NCBI GenBank assembly: GCA_947631245.1
Contig: CANRKP010000004.1
Coordinates: 6,147 to 70,146, forward strand
Origin: an uncultured Clostridia bacterium
GTDB taxonomy: Bacteria > Bacillota > Clostridia > Oscillospirales > CAG-272
Direction of reading: 5' to 3'
DNA: 64,000 nucleotides
In this document: positions 20,433-28,840 of the stretch, in pieces
Position numbering within the stretch: position 1 is the stretch's first letter
Layout of the letters: every line of letters begins with the position of its first letter
Translations under genes and position numbers: made by a program
Notes under the pieces: generated by a model
The model's database searches: none
What the model saw: only the letters and a program-made list of their open reading frames with translations
Told to the model about the DNA's origin: nothing

Positions 20433-20786
20433 TCATGTTGCGCTGCTCTGTTCGCTCATCGTTTTACCGAGCGCCAACTTTATTTTTTTGACGGTCTCCG
20501 CAAGCGCGCGACCCACAGCAGAACGGCTCTCGGAAATTTCAAGCTCCCGTCCCCTCGAGATCATTCCGCCCTTTATGACCCACGCCGTAATATTTACGGA
20601 TGGGTCGCTGTACGTCGCCTTGATGTAGCCGACGTCGCCGAGCGGGACGCCCGTCTTCTCCCAGACGCTCTCGCCCGACATCATGAATTTTTCTCTGTAG
20701 CCCTCTTTGTGAAGTATATCGCGAATTATGCCCCTTGCGGCATAATATCCGCAACCGAATGAAAACCTGTAAGCAGAGCGAGACAT
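20433..20786 (-). CDS. Hypothetical protein (117 aa)
   Basis: Protein-like composition; start overlaps (TAATG) the stop of an 11-codon ORF that has an AAAGGA RBS. Confidence 0.55.
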   Translation of the reverse strand: MSRSAYRFSFGCGYYAARGIIRDILHKEGYREKFMMSGESVWEKTGVPLGDVGYIKATYSDPSVNITAWVIKGGMISRGRELEISESRSAVGRALAETVKKIKLALGKTMSEQSSAT

Positions 20787-20949
20787 TACTGTAATACCCT
20801 GTATGATATAGCTGCCGCCATATATCCTTTCTTAAGATTTACGCTCGCCTCGGTTCGGTACACGGAAAAAGTTGAGGGAGCGGCAAGACTGAGACTTTTT
20901 TCGTGCGCGGCGCGCCCGCGCCGCCGTCCGTCAGCGAACCGACGATTTT

Positions 20950-21303
20950 TCAATCATTAGCGACCCGTTTTTCGCGCACCGACCGTGTGATCTCTTCTCT
21001 CAGCCCCTTTGTCGACCGAAACGAAGGCTTAAAGCTTTCCGGAATGAGATGATCCTCCATCGTTTTTGGATTGCGCCCAATTTTACTGCTGATCGTCCGA
21101 AGCTCAAATACGCCGAAGTTTTTGATGCAGACGGCATGTCCATGGTTCCACGTTTCTTTCAGGATATCAAGAAATGCCAAAAGAATGGCGTCCGCGTCTT
21201 ACTCGTTGACGTCGAGCCTGTCCGCCAGCATCTCTGCGTATTCCTTTCGGTACAGTTCTGCCGCTGTTTCGCTATAACGCGCCTCCCATTGCCCGCATTT
21301 CAT
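20950..21303 (-). pseudogene. HU/IHF family DNA-binding protein interrupted by in-frame TAA
   Basis: LYRKEYAEMLADRLDVNE*DADAILLAFLD...NFGVFEL...GRNPKT...IP...PSFR; stop at 21199-21201 splits one frame. Confidence 0.8.
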
Positions 21304-21385
21304 CTTTTCGGCACAATAAAGGCTTCTACCGGTAAGACCGAATAAAAAAGCTAAAAAACGGGCATCCTGTATATGTCTCCACACG

Positions 21386-21410
21386 GTCGCAGAGTTCTTT
21401 ACTCTGCGTC
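21386..21410 (-). repeat. Left inverted repeat / recombinase core site
   Basis: gtcgcagagttctttactctgcgtc; internal dyad cgcagagt..actctgcg with asymmetric spacer. Confidence 0.9.
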
Positions 21411-21477
21411 AGCGCCGGCTCAAACGCAGCCGATTTCCTTATGCCGCGGGTAAATGCCGCCTCCTTTTCCCCTTTCG

Positions 21478-21497
21478 TGACTGAAAAGTCTGACTGC
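21478..21497 (+). repeat. Two TGACTG repeats (13-bp period), putative arm-type integrase sites
   Basis: tgactg at 21478 and tgactgc at 21491. Confidence 0.55.
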
Positions 21498-21503
21498 TGT
21501 TGT

Positions 21504-22619
21504 TCACAGAACCGCGACAGCCAGCTTGTCCATATTTTCGCGCTTCAGCTCCATGGAGGAATGGACGTATCTGTTGAGCGTTATAGACGTGTCCGCATGA
21601 CCGAGTATCTCGCTGAGACTCTTCAGCTCAAATCCCGCTTCCACACAGCGCGTAGCGAACGTGTGGCGGATCGTGTGAAAATGGACTCCCTCAAGTCCGC
21701 ACTCCTCAGTATATTTCGTAAACCGCTTCTGCACTTGACGCGGCTCCATGAACCGCTCAGTGCCCGTCAAAAGAAACGCGGCCGGACTGTGCGGATCATA
21801 CAGTCCGCAGAGCCTGACCGCGCTCTCCGCAAGAGGGATCGTCCTGACCGATGTGCTGCTCTTGGGGCTGCCGATCGTTACCTTTGTTTTTCTGTTCCCC
21901 GTGTGCTCATAATCATGCAGCCTCTGCATCGTCGCGTCTATGTGTATCGTACTGTCCGAAAGCGAGATATTCTCCCATTTCAGGGCGCAGAGCTCTCCGA
22001 GCCGAAGGCCTGTAAGCAGCGCTAGAATGACGCCGAGCTTGCATTCGTCCATGTCAGTCAGAAGATAGGACACAAAGCGCCGCTGCTCGTCAAGGCTGAG
22101 GACGCGGGCCTCCCTTTTCTGCTCCCTCGGGTATGATATCTCAACGGCGGGGAACGTACCGGGAGACTGCGCCTCGGCGTATTTCAAGACCGCGCGCAGC
22201 ACCGTGAGGATATCCCGAACTGTCTTGGCTGAAAGCCCCTCGGACAGAAGCTCCTGCTTGAAACGCTCCGCAAGCTGCGTTGTGATTCCCTGCGGAAAGC
22301 ACCCGCCGAGCTTGGGCATTATGTGATTTTTTAGGATAGTGTCGTATTTTATATATGTGGATTCTTTCACTTTCCCTTTTTCGAGGCGCAGCCACTCCCC
22401 GCAGAAAAAGGAAAGCCTGCGGCGGCGGTTTCCCGCGGGCACAGGCGCCCCCGCCAAAAGCGCCGCTTTGCACAGCGTGACCTTTTCTTTCGCCTCACTG
22501 TAGGTTTTGCCGTAGCAGAACCCGTACCTGATCTTGCCGGAAAGCTCGTAGCATTTGACATACCTCGCCTCCCAGCGTCCGTCCTTGCGTTTAAAAATGT
22601 TTTCTCCTTTTTTCGGCAT
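21504..22619 (-). CDS. Tyrosine recombinase/integrase with N-terminal arm-binding domain
   Basis: N-term IFKRKDGRWEARY; catalytic R (GLRLGE), K (PKS), HxxR (HTIR), LGH, Y (NRYVH) all present; GGGAG RBS. Confidence 0.95.
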   Translation of the reverse strand: MPKKGENIFKRKDGRWEARYVKCYELSGKIRYGFCYGKTYSEAKEKVTLCKAALLAGAPVPAGNRRRRLSFFCGEWLRLEKGKVKESTYIKYDTILKNHIMPKLGGCFPQGITTQLAERFKQELLSEGLSAKTVRDILTVLRAVLKYAEAQSPGTFPAVEISYPREQKREARVLSLDEQRRFVSYLLTDMDECKLGVILALLTGLRLGELCALKWENISLSDSTIHIDATMQRLHDYEHTGNRKTKVTIGSPKSSTSVRTIPLAESAVRLCGLYDPHSPAAFLLTGTERFMEPRQVQKRFTKYTEECGLEGVHFHTIRHTFATRCVEAGFELKSLSEILGHADTSITLNRYVHSSMELKRENMDKLAVAVL

Positions 22620-22656
22620 TGTTTTTTCTCCCTGTGTCGGAAACTGTCGTATTTCA

Positions 22657-22665
22657 AGTATATCA
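22657..22665 (-). promoter_or_regulatory. Extended -10 (TGATATACT) candidate promoter for the integrase
   Basis: Minus strand TG-A-TATACT about 40 bp upstream of ATG, poor -35. Confidence 0.5.
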
Positions 22666-22685
22666 GAACTTTGGTCCGCGTGCTT

Positions 22686-22716
22686 TGACTGCTTTTCTGA
22701 CTGCGATACAGACTGC
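22686..22716 (+). repeat. Three GACTGC repeats (12-bp period), putative arm-type integrase sites
   Basis: tgactgc 22686, tgactgc 22698, agactgc 22710. Confidence 0.7.
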
Positions 22717-22816
22717 CAAAAGCCGATTTTGGGCGGATAAACTGGCTTTTTGTATTTTTAGCCGCCGCCCTTGCGGTATTTTTCGAATGATTTTTTTGTT
22801 TTTTCGCCGCAAGCTA

Positions 22817-22845
22817 TTGAAAATCCACGCTGGGCGTGCTATACT
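22817..22845 (+). promoter_or_regulatory. Outward-facing sigma-A promoter inside the invertible cassette
   Basis: TTGAAA-17-TATACT with extended -10 TG at 22837-22838. Confidence 0.8.
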
Positions 22846-22873
22846 ATATATGTTTCGACAACGATAAAATGCG

Positions 22874-22898
22874 GACGCAGAGTAAAGAACTCTGCGAC
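22874..22898 (+). repeat. Right inverted repeat / recombinase core site
   Basis: gacgcagagtaaagaactctgcgac. Confidence 0.9.
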
Positions 22899-22909
22899 TA
22901 TGCGGACAT

Positions 22910-22946
22910 AAAAAGCGCGCTCGCGTGAAAAACGAGCGCGCTTTTT
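22910..22946. terminator. Bidirectional intrinsic terminator
   Basis: aaaaagcgcgctcg-N9-cgagcgcgcttttt. Confidence 0.88.
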
Positions 22947-22952
22947 ATGTTG

Positions 22953-22986
22953 AACGGCGGGAGCGTCATGCTCCCGCCGTTTTATT
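22953..22986 (+). terminator. Second hairpin terminator
   Basis: aacggcgggagc-N5-gctcccgccgtt followed by T-rich tail. Confidence 0.7.
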
Positions 22987-24910
22987 CTCTTCTGATAAAG
23001 CCGTCGTCGCCGCGCTCGAAGTAAGCTCCGAACGGCGCGCCGAGCAGTCCCTTTATTTCGGGGTCGTAGTTGCATACGGTGTTGAGGTCGTAGGTGTCGA
23101 GCACGTCGTCTACGGGGTTCGGGTCGTCGCCGCCCGCGTATTCGTCGTACTCATCGAGCGTCATGAACCGCCATCCGCTGTCCCATCCCTTGTCCGCGGG
23201 AGCAGGGCGCTCGCGGAAGCAGACCTCGACGGGGTGCCCGTCGAACATTATGCTGTCCGTCGCAAGGCAGCCGCGCGGTCCTCTGAGCCCGGGAAGCAGG
23301 TCCCGCATCTCGTCCTCGGGCAAAAACAGCTCGTCTTCTTCGACGTCGCCGGCGCCCTCTCCCGCGAGCCATTCGTCAAAGCGCGCGTCGAGAACTGCCG
23401 CCATATCGGCGTAATATTGCTCGCTCCACGGGATAAAAAGGTACGCCTCGCCCGAAAATTCGCTGCTGCGGCACCGAGAAACGCCGAACACGCGCTCCGC
23501 GTACATCGCAAGGTCGCTCATATAAGAATGGGAAGCATCCCCGCTCATGTAGTACCAGTGGGTGAAATCGACGCCGTCGCAATTAAAGCAGGGGAGCGTG
23601 AGCTCTCCGTCCATGTATCTGTCGGCTCTGAGAAAGAAGCGCAGATCCGTGGCTGCGCGTCCGCGCCTCACGGATTCCGAAAGATAACCGTACCTGTCGA
23701 GGAACACATCGCTCATGAGGTCGCGCTCCATGCACCAGCGCAGGTAGACCGCCATGTGGTTGTATGCGGAGAGCGGATTTAACGGCAGCTTTTTCTCCTC
23801 GATTTTCTTTATGTGAAACTCCGCCGTGTCGACCGTTATCCCGTATTCGATCGGACGGCCGAGGCTGTCTATGACGGATGGGCGATGCTCGTCGACGACG
23901 GCGAGCATATCGTCAGAGAAGCAGTCGAGCAGAGCGTCCGCGTCCGTTTTGAGCTTGTAGTCAATCTCCTCGGGGTAGAGCGGGACGAGCTGGAAGAAGC
24001 TGACCCCGTCGCCGGAGGGCAGGTCGCAGATGTCGGCGTCGCGGCAGAACTTGCCGGGGGTCACGAGTATCGCACCGTTGAACCTGACGTCCTCGGTATC
24101 GGGACCGCGGGACGTGACGACGGTGCAGCCCCAGTCGAGCCGCGCGTCAGACGAGGCAGCCCTGCGGGCGATGCCGCGGAGCATGTGGAGCGCCCACGGC
24201 GGAACGACGTCTCCGTCGTTCTGTGCCGAGAAATCGGCACATTCGGGCGGCAGGCAGAGGAGCAGTTCGATGCGGCACAAGCGGTCGGGCTCAAATTCGT
24301 CGTCCTCGGTATTTTTCTTCATTACGTGCGCGCCCGCGCCGAGCGTTGCGAGCGTCACCCAGCCGTAATCACCCTTCGGGGGTATGACGAGGACGTCTAT
24401 GTCCACGAATTCCGGCAGCGGGTCGTGAATGACGCGCGCCGCCTCGCCGAAATAATCCTCTATATGCGCGCGCACGGCGTCGGCGTCGCGTGAGTCGTAA
24501 AGCTCGAGGGAGTCGAGGCGCGCCTTCTCGCGCTCGCGGCATTCCTCAATATAAGGAATAAGGTCGACGTCGCCGGGGTCGAGCCTCTGCGCGTGCTCAA
24601 AAAACGAAACGGCGTCCGAGAAAACGCCGAGGTTGAAAAGAGTGAAGCCGACGAGCTTGTTCCACGCCGCGTCGGCGCAGCCGTCCTCCACGAACGGCGT
24701 GAGGATGGAAAACGCGTGCTTGAGCATGTCTCTGTCGGGAGACGAAGCGTCCGCCGAGACGGCGAGCATTGCGTATGCTCGTGCGAGCAAAAGGGAAAGA
24801 CGGTAGTCGCGGTCGCCGTCCGGCAGCGCCTCAATTACGCCGATGACTATGCGGTGTTCGCCGTTCTTTGCCCATTCTTCGAGCTGTTCGTAAAAACCGC
24901 GTCCGTTCAT
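22982..24910 (-). CDS. Multidomain TPR + SUFU-like + DUF2185-like protein (immunity-type domains)
   Basis: N-term TPR-like helices; IDVLVIPP..TLATLG..RIELLLCLP..FFQLVPLYPEE; C-term GCLATD..RERP..DSGWRF..YDLNTVCNYDP; GAGG RBS before 24910. Confidence 0.75.
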   Translation of the reverse strand: MNGRGFYEQLEEWAKNGEHRIVIGVIEALPDGDRDYRLSLLLARAYAMLAVSADASSPDRDMLKHAFSILTPFVEDGCADAAWNKLVGFTLFNLGVFSDAVSFFEHAQRLDPGDVDLIPYIEECREREKARLDSLELYDSRDADAVRAHIEDYFGEAARVIHDPLPEFVDIDVLVIPPKGDYGWVTLATLGAGAHVMKKNTEDDEFEPDRLCRIELLLCLPPECADFSAQNDGDVVPPWALHMLRGIARRAASSDARLDWGCTVVTSRGPDTEDVRFNGAILVTPGKFCRDADICDLPSGDGVSFFQLVPLYPEEIDYKLKTDADALLDCFSDDMLAVVDEHRPSVIDSLGRPIEYGITVDTAEFHIKKIEEKKLPLNPLSAYNHMAVYLRWCMERDLMSDVFLDRYGYLSESVRRGRAATDLRFFLRADRYMDGELTLPCFNCDGVDFTHWYYMSGDASHSYMSDLAMYAERVFGVSRCRSSEFSGEAYLFIPWSEQYYADMAAVLDARFDEWLAGEGAGDVEEDELFLPEDEMRDLLPGLRGPRGCLATDSIMFDGHPVEVCFRERPAPADKGWDSGWRFMTLDEYDEYAGGDDPNPVDDVLDTYDLNTVCNYDPEIKGLLGAPFGAYFERGDDGFIRRE

Positions 24911-25196
24911 GTCCCTCACCTCTCTTTTTTTCATCGTTTCAAAAGTATATCACAACCGCAATATGAAGTCAATCATGCACATTGCCGAAAAAAGAATGTT
25001 TTTCCTGCTCTGACCTCTCTCTTCTCGGGAAATAGCGTGCGCTCGCCGGGTATTTGCGCCTCTCGCCCGCAACGCGCAGGAAAACAGCGTATGCGCCCGC
25101 ACACAGCGACCGCCTCCGCGCACGCCCGAGGCTTATACTGTTCTATGTGACGGGGACCGTGCGGTCCTTGCAGAACATTAAAATGGGGGTGGTAGA

Positions 25197-26069
25197 GTGA
25201 CCGTTTACGCGGACGTGCTTTTTCTCGTGAATTTCAGCCTTGACTATGTTTCGCTTTACATAACCGGCAGGCTGATGTCGCGCCCGCTCTATGTCCGGCG
25301 GCTCGCCGCGGCGTCGGCGCTTGGCGCGCTTTACGCCGTGTCGGCGCTGTTTTGGAATATTCCCGAGCCGCTTTACATAGCGGCGACGCTCGCGGTCAGC
25401 GGAATTATGTGCCTTTTCGCTTACAGGCGTGCCTGCAAAGGAGCGCTCGCTTCCGCCGTCGAGACGGCTGGTTCGGCTCTGCTGCTCTTTTCGGTCGGAT
25501 GCGCGCTCGGCGGCGCGATGACGGCGATATATTCCCTCGGTAAAGGATATTCCGCAGGCGAGCCCGGGGGCGGGGGCGCGGGAACGATGACAATGACGGC
25601 AGTAGCCGCCGCCGCGGTCACGGTTACGGCGCTTGCGGGACGGGTCGCAAAAAAGCGGCGAGGCGTCAAACATGCGCGGGTAACGCTGACGGATGGCGGG
25701 AAGAGCGTGACGCTTGACGCCCTCTCGGACAGCGGCAATCTGCTTTTCGACCCGACGTCCGGCAGACCGGCGCTCATCGTGTCGGCGGACGCGGCAGCGG
25801 ACGTTCTCCCGCAGAAGATAAGGGAGGCGGCGCTGTCGGAGGACGTTGCGGGCTCGGCGGCGGCGCTCCCGCCCGAGCTTTTGACGCGGGTGCGCCTTTT
25901 GCCGGTGTCAAACGTTTACGGCAAGGGGCTGCTTCTCGGCTTTCGACCCGACGCGGTGACTGTCGAGCAGGGAGGCAGCGAAAGAGAATATGACCTTATC
26001 GTCGCGGTCTCGGGCAAAAAGGGCGGTTTCGGCGGATTCGGCGCCGTGCTGCCTGCCGAGCTTTCGTGA
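25197..26069 (+). CDS. spoIIGA: Sigma-E processing peptidase
   Basis: VYADVLFLVNF, multiple TMs, DSGNLL.DP aspartyl motif; upstream of sigE. Confidence 0.9.
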   Translation: MTVYADVLFLVNFSLDYVSLYITGRLMSRPLYVRRLAAASALGALYAVSALFWNIPEPLYIAATLAVSGIMCLFAYRRACKGALASAVETAGSALLLFSVGCALGGAMTAIYSLGKGYSAGEPGGGGAGTMTMTAVAAAAVTVTALAGRVAKKRRGVKHARVTLTDGGKSVTLDALSDSGNLLFDPTSGRPALIVSADAAADVLPQKIREAALSEDVAGSAAALPPELLTRVRLLPVSNVYGKGLLLGFRPDAVTVEQGGSEREYDLIVAVSGKKGGFGGFGAVLPAELS

Positions 26070-26133
26070 CAAATGAAAACCGACAACTATAGGAGCGATC
26101 GGCGGTAAAAACGCGCGCGGAAAGGTGGACAAA

Positions 26134-27117
26134 ATGAAGCGGACGCACAGACGACAGAAAAAATACAGGGCGAAGAAAACGGCGCGCCGCGCCGTCGCAA
26201 AGGCAAAGAGAGCGGGCGCAAAGCGAAAGGGAGGCGGGGACCGCATTTCGTTGAAGGAATTATTTTCCCGAATGGGAAAAGCGTTTGTGAAGGCGGCGCA
26301 CGCCGTGAAAAATCGGCTCTCTGCCGCGGGCAGCTGTCTCGTCTCGGCGTGCGGCGCGGCGTCTGCACGGGTATGGCTCTTCTTTGGCGGAATACGGGAG
26401 CGCGCCGCGCGGGCGGCGTATGTGCTCCGCGTCTATGCACAGCGCTGTCTGCGCTTCATCAGGGACGGGGAGGAGCAGTACTACATCGGCGGCAGCGAGG
26501 TCCTGCCGCCGCCGCTCAGCGCCGAGGAGGAGGCGGACATTCTTTCCCGCCTGACAAAGGAGCGTGAGCTGACGCAGGTGCTGATAGAGAGAAATCTGCG
26601 CCTTGTCGTTTACATTGCAAAGAAATTCGAGAATACGGGGACCGACATCGAGGACATAATAAGCATAGGCACGATAGGGCTGATAAAGGCCGTCAACACC
26701 TTTAATCCCGAGCGGGGGATAAAGCTCGCGACTTACGCGTCGCGCTGCATCGAAAATGAGATACTGATGCACATAAGGAAAAACTCCGGCAAGCGCGCGG
26801 ACGTCTCGATAGACGAGCCGCTGAACGTCGACTGGGACGGCAACGAGCTGCTCCTCTCGGACGTGCTCTCGGGCGAGGAGGACGAGGTATACGGCGCGAT
26901 AGAGCACGACGAGGACTACAGGATACTTCACCGCGCCGTCGAGGACCTGCCGGAGAGGGAGCAGATAATAATAACGCTGCGGTTCGGTCTCGGAGGCGGA
27001 CCGGAGCGGACTCAGGCGGAGGTCGCGAAGATGCTGGGCATATCTCAGTCATACATATCGCGGCTTGAAAAAAAGATACTTTCTGACCTGCGACGGACGA
27101 TAGGCTCGGGCATCTGA
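26134..27117 (+). CDS. sigE: Sporulation sigma factor pro-SigE (start uncertain, long N-terminus)
   Basis: [67 protein letters not shown]. Confidence 0.92.
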   Translation: MKRTHRRQKKYRAKKTARRAVAKAKRAGAKRKGGGDRISLKELFSRMGKAFVKAAHAVKNRLSAAGSCLVSACGAASARVWLFFGGIRERAARAAYVLRVYAQRCLRFIRDGEEQYYIGGSEVLPPPLSAEEEADILSRLTKERELTQVLIERNLRLVVYIAKKFENTGTDIEDIISIGTIGLIKAVNTFNPERGIKLATYASRCIENEILMHIRKNSGKRADVSIDEPLNVDWDGNELLLSDVLSGEEDEVYGAIEHDEDYRILHRAVEDLPEREQIIITLRFGLGGGPERTQAEVAKMLGISQSYISRLEKKILSDLRRTIGSGI

Positions 27118-27147
27118 AATTTTTTATAAGAAAATTCGGCAAAGCTA

Positions 27148-27176
27148 TTGCAATTTGCCCGCAGGCGTGATACAAT
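27148..27176 (+). promoter_or_regulatory. Sigma-A promoter of rpmE
   Basis: TTGCAA-17-TACAAT with TG. Confidence 0.75.
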
Positions 27177-27221
27177 ACATCGTAATGCGAAAGTATGAGT
27201 CTAAGAGAAGGGGACAGTGCG

Positions 27222-27428
27222 ATGAAAAAGGGGATCCATCCTGACTATAAGGAATGCACCATAAAATGCGCTTGCGGTGAAACCGTCGTAACGAGATCGA
27301 CCAAGGGCGATATGCGTGTTGAGATATGCTCGAAATGTCATCCGTTCTTCACGGGCAAGCAGAAGTTCGTGGATACGGGCGGACGCGTTGATAAGTTCAA
27401 GCGTCGTCTTCAGTCGAGCGGCAAATGA
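27222..27428 (+). CDS. rpmE: 50S ribosomal protein L31 (Zn-binding type)
   Basis: [22 protein letters not shown]. Confidence 0.97.
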   Translation: MKKGIHPDYKECTIKCACGETVVTRSTKGDMRVEICSKCHPFFTGKQKFVDTGGRVDKFKRRLQSSGK

Positions 27429-27454
27429 GCGCATATCAAAAGGCATGGTAAACT

Positions 27455-27493
27455 CGCGGATGTCACACGCAATTGTGTGACACCCGCGTTTTT
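27455..27493 (+). terminator. Intrinsic terminator after rpmE
   Basis: cgcggatgtcacac/gtgtgacacccgcg + ttttt. Confidence 0.75.
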
Positions 27494-27540
27494 GCGTCAT
27501 GTCGGATAATGAAAAAACAAGGAGCTTACGAAAGAACAGT

Positions 27541-28839
27541 ATGCCGGAAAAGTACGAAAACGAAAGCGAAGCGGAAGAGACGCGGCGATGTGCGCTTGTC
27601 GGCGTTTACGACGGGCAGAACGTGACCGAGGACGAATGCGAAAGGCTCGCGGACGAGCTCGAATGCCTCGCGTTCACCGCGGGCGCCGTCGTCATATTCA
27701 GGCTGACGCAGCAAAGACCGTCTCCCGACAACAGGACATATATCGGAAAAGGCAAGCTCACGGAGCTCTCGTCCCTCTGCGAGCAGAACGAGGTCGACCT
27801 TGTCATATTTGACGACGAGCTCTCCCCGTCCCAGATAAGGAACATAGAGGACGGTCTTCCCGACGGGGTCGACGTAATCGACCGCTCGATGCTCATCCTC
27901 GACATTTTCGCGCGTCACGCTGTCACCGGAGAGGGAAAGCTCCAGGTCGAGCTCGCGCAGCTGAGATATTCCGCGCCGAGGCTCGTCGGTCACGGCGGCG
28001 AAATGTCGCGTCAGGGCGCGACGGGAGGAAATCCCATAGGGACAAGAGGTCCCGGCGAGACTAAGCTCGAACGCGACAGGCGGCGCATGAGGGCGCGCAT
28101 AGCGTCCCTTGAGGCGGAGCTCCGCGAGCTTGAAAAGAACAGGCGGACGATGCGCGCCGCGCGCGAGCGCTCGGGGACTGTCCGCGTGTCGATCGTGGGA
28201 TATACGAACGCCGGCAAATCGACGCTTCTTAATCTTCTGACGGACGCCGGCATCCTTGCCGAGGACAAGCTGTTCGCGACGCTCGACCCGACGACGCGCA
28301 AATACAGGCTCCCGTCAGGGGCGGAGATACTTCTGACCGACACGGTCGGCTTCATCCGCAAGCTGCCGCATCATCTCGTCTCCGCGTTCCGCTCGACGCT
28401 CGAGGAGGCGGCGAGCGCGGACATCATCCTCATAATAGTGGACGCCTCCGATCCCGAATACGCGGAGCATATCGCGGTCACCGAGGATATTTTGATATCG
28501 CTCGGAGCCGAAGGGAAGCCAGTCATATACGCCTTCAATAAATGCGACCTTCCGGCGAGCTTCATTCCGCGTGTCGGCGCGGGGAAGCGCTCCGTATATA
28601 TCTCCGCAAAGACGGGCAGGGGCGTAGACGAGCTTTTGGCTGCGCTTGAGACGACCGTGCGCGCGGCGCGCCGAGTGACGACGTTCCTTTTCCCGCCGTC
28701 GGCGTCGTCAGAGCTTTCGCGCCTCTACCGCGCGGGCGCCGAGGTCGTCAGTACCGAATACCTCCCGGACGGATCCGTCCGCGTGACGGCGACCGTCGAC
28801 GAGGCAACGCGCGGCCAGCTCTCGGATTTTGCGGTCTGA
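27541..28839 (+). CDS. hflX: GTPase HflX (alternative start 27499)
   Basis: LILDIFA, GPGETKLE, GYTNAGKS, LFATLD, DTVGFI, NKCD. Confidence 0.95.
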   Translation: MPEKYENESEAEETRRCALVGVYDGQNVTEDECERLADELECLAFTAGAVVIFRLTQQRPSPDNRTYIGKGKLTELSSLCEQNEVDLVIFDDELSPSQIRNIEDGLPDGVDVIDRSMLILDIFARHAVTGEGKLQVELAQLRYSAPRLVGHGGEMSRQGATGGNPIGTRGPGETKLERDRRRMRARIASLEAELRELEKNRRTMRAARERSGTVRVSIVGYTNAGKSTLLNLLTDAGILAEDKLFATLDPTTRKYRLPSGAEILLTDTVGFIRKLPHHLVSAFRSTLEEAASADIILIIVDASDPEYAEHIAVTEDILISLGAEGKPVIYAFNKCDLPASFIPRVGAGKRSVYISAKTGRGVDELLAALETTVRAARRVTTFLFPPSASSELSRLYRAGAEVVSTEYLPDGSVRVTATVDEATRGQLSDFAV

Positions 28840-28840
28840 T

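Larger units (their letters stand above)
21386..22898. mobile_element. Putative invertible cassette (recombinase + outward promoter) bounded by 25-bp inverted repeats
   Basis: 21386-21410 is the exact reverse complement of 22874-22898; encloses the integrase. Confidence 0.8.

Noticed and set aside
21270-21315. 'GQWEARY' upstream of HU resembles the integrase N-terminus 'GRWEARY', suggesting a duplication or fusion
   Set aside because: The match is largely the translation of the GGGAGG ribosome-binding site; surrounding DNA does not align convincingly.
21504-22619. Prophage or ICE
   Set aside because: No excisionase, replication, structural or conjugation genes nearby; flanking sites are inverted, not direct.
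20732-22779. cccttgcgg(c/t)at 11/12 direct repeat as attL/attR of an excisable element
   Set aside because: Short enough to arise by chance, one copy lies inside an ORF, and the 25-bp inverted repeats explain the integrase better.
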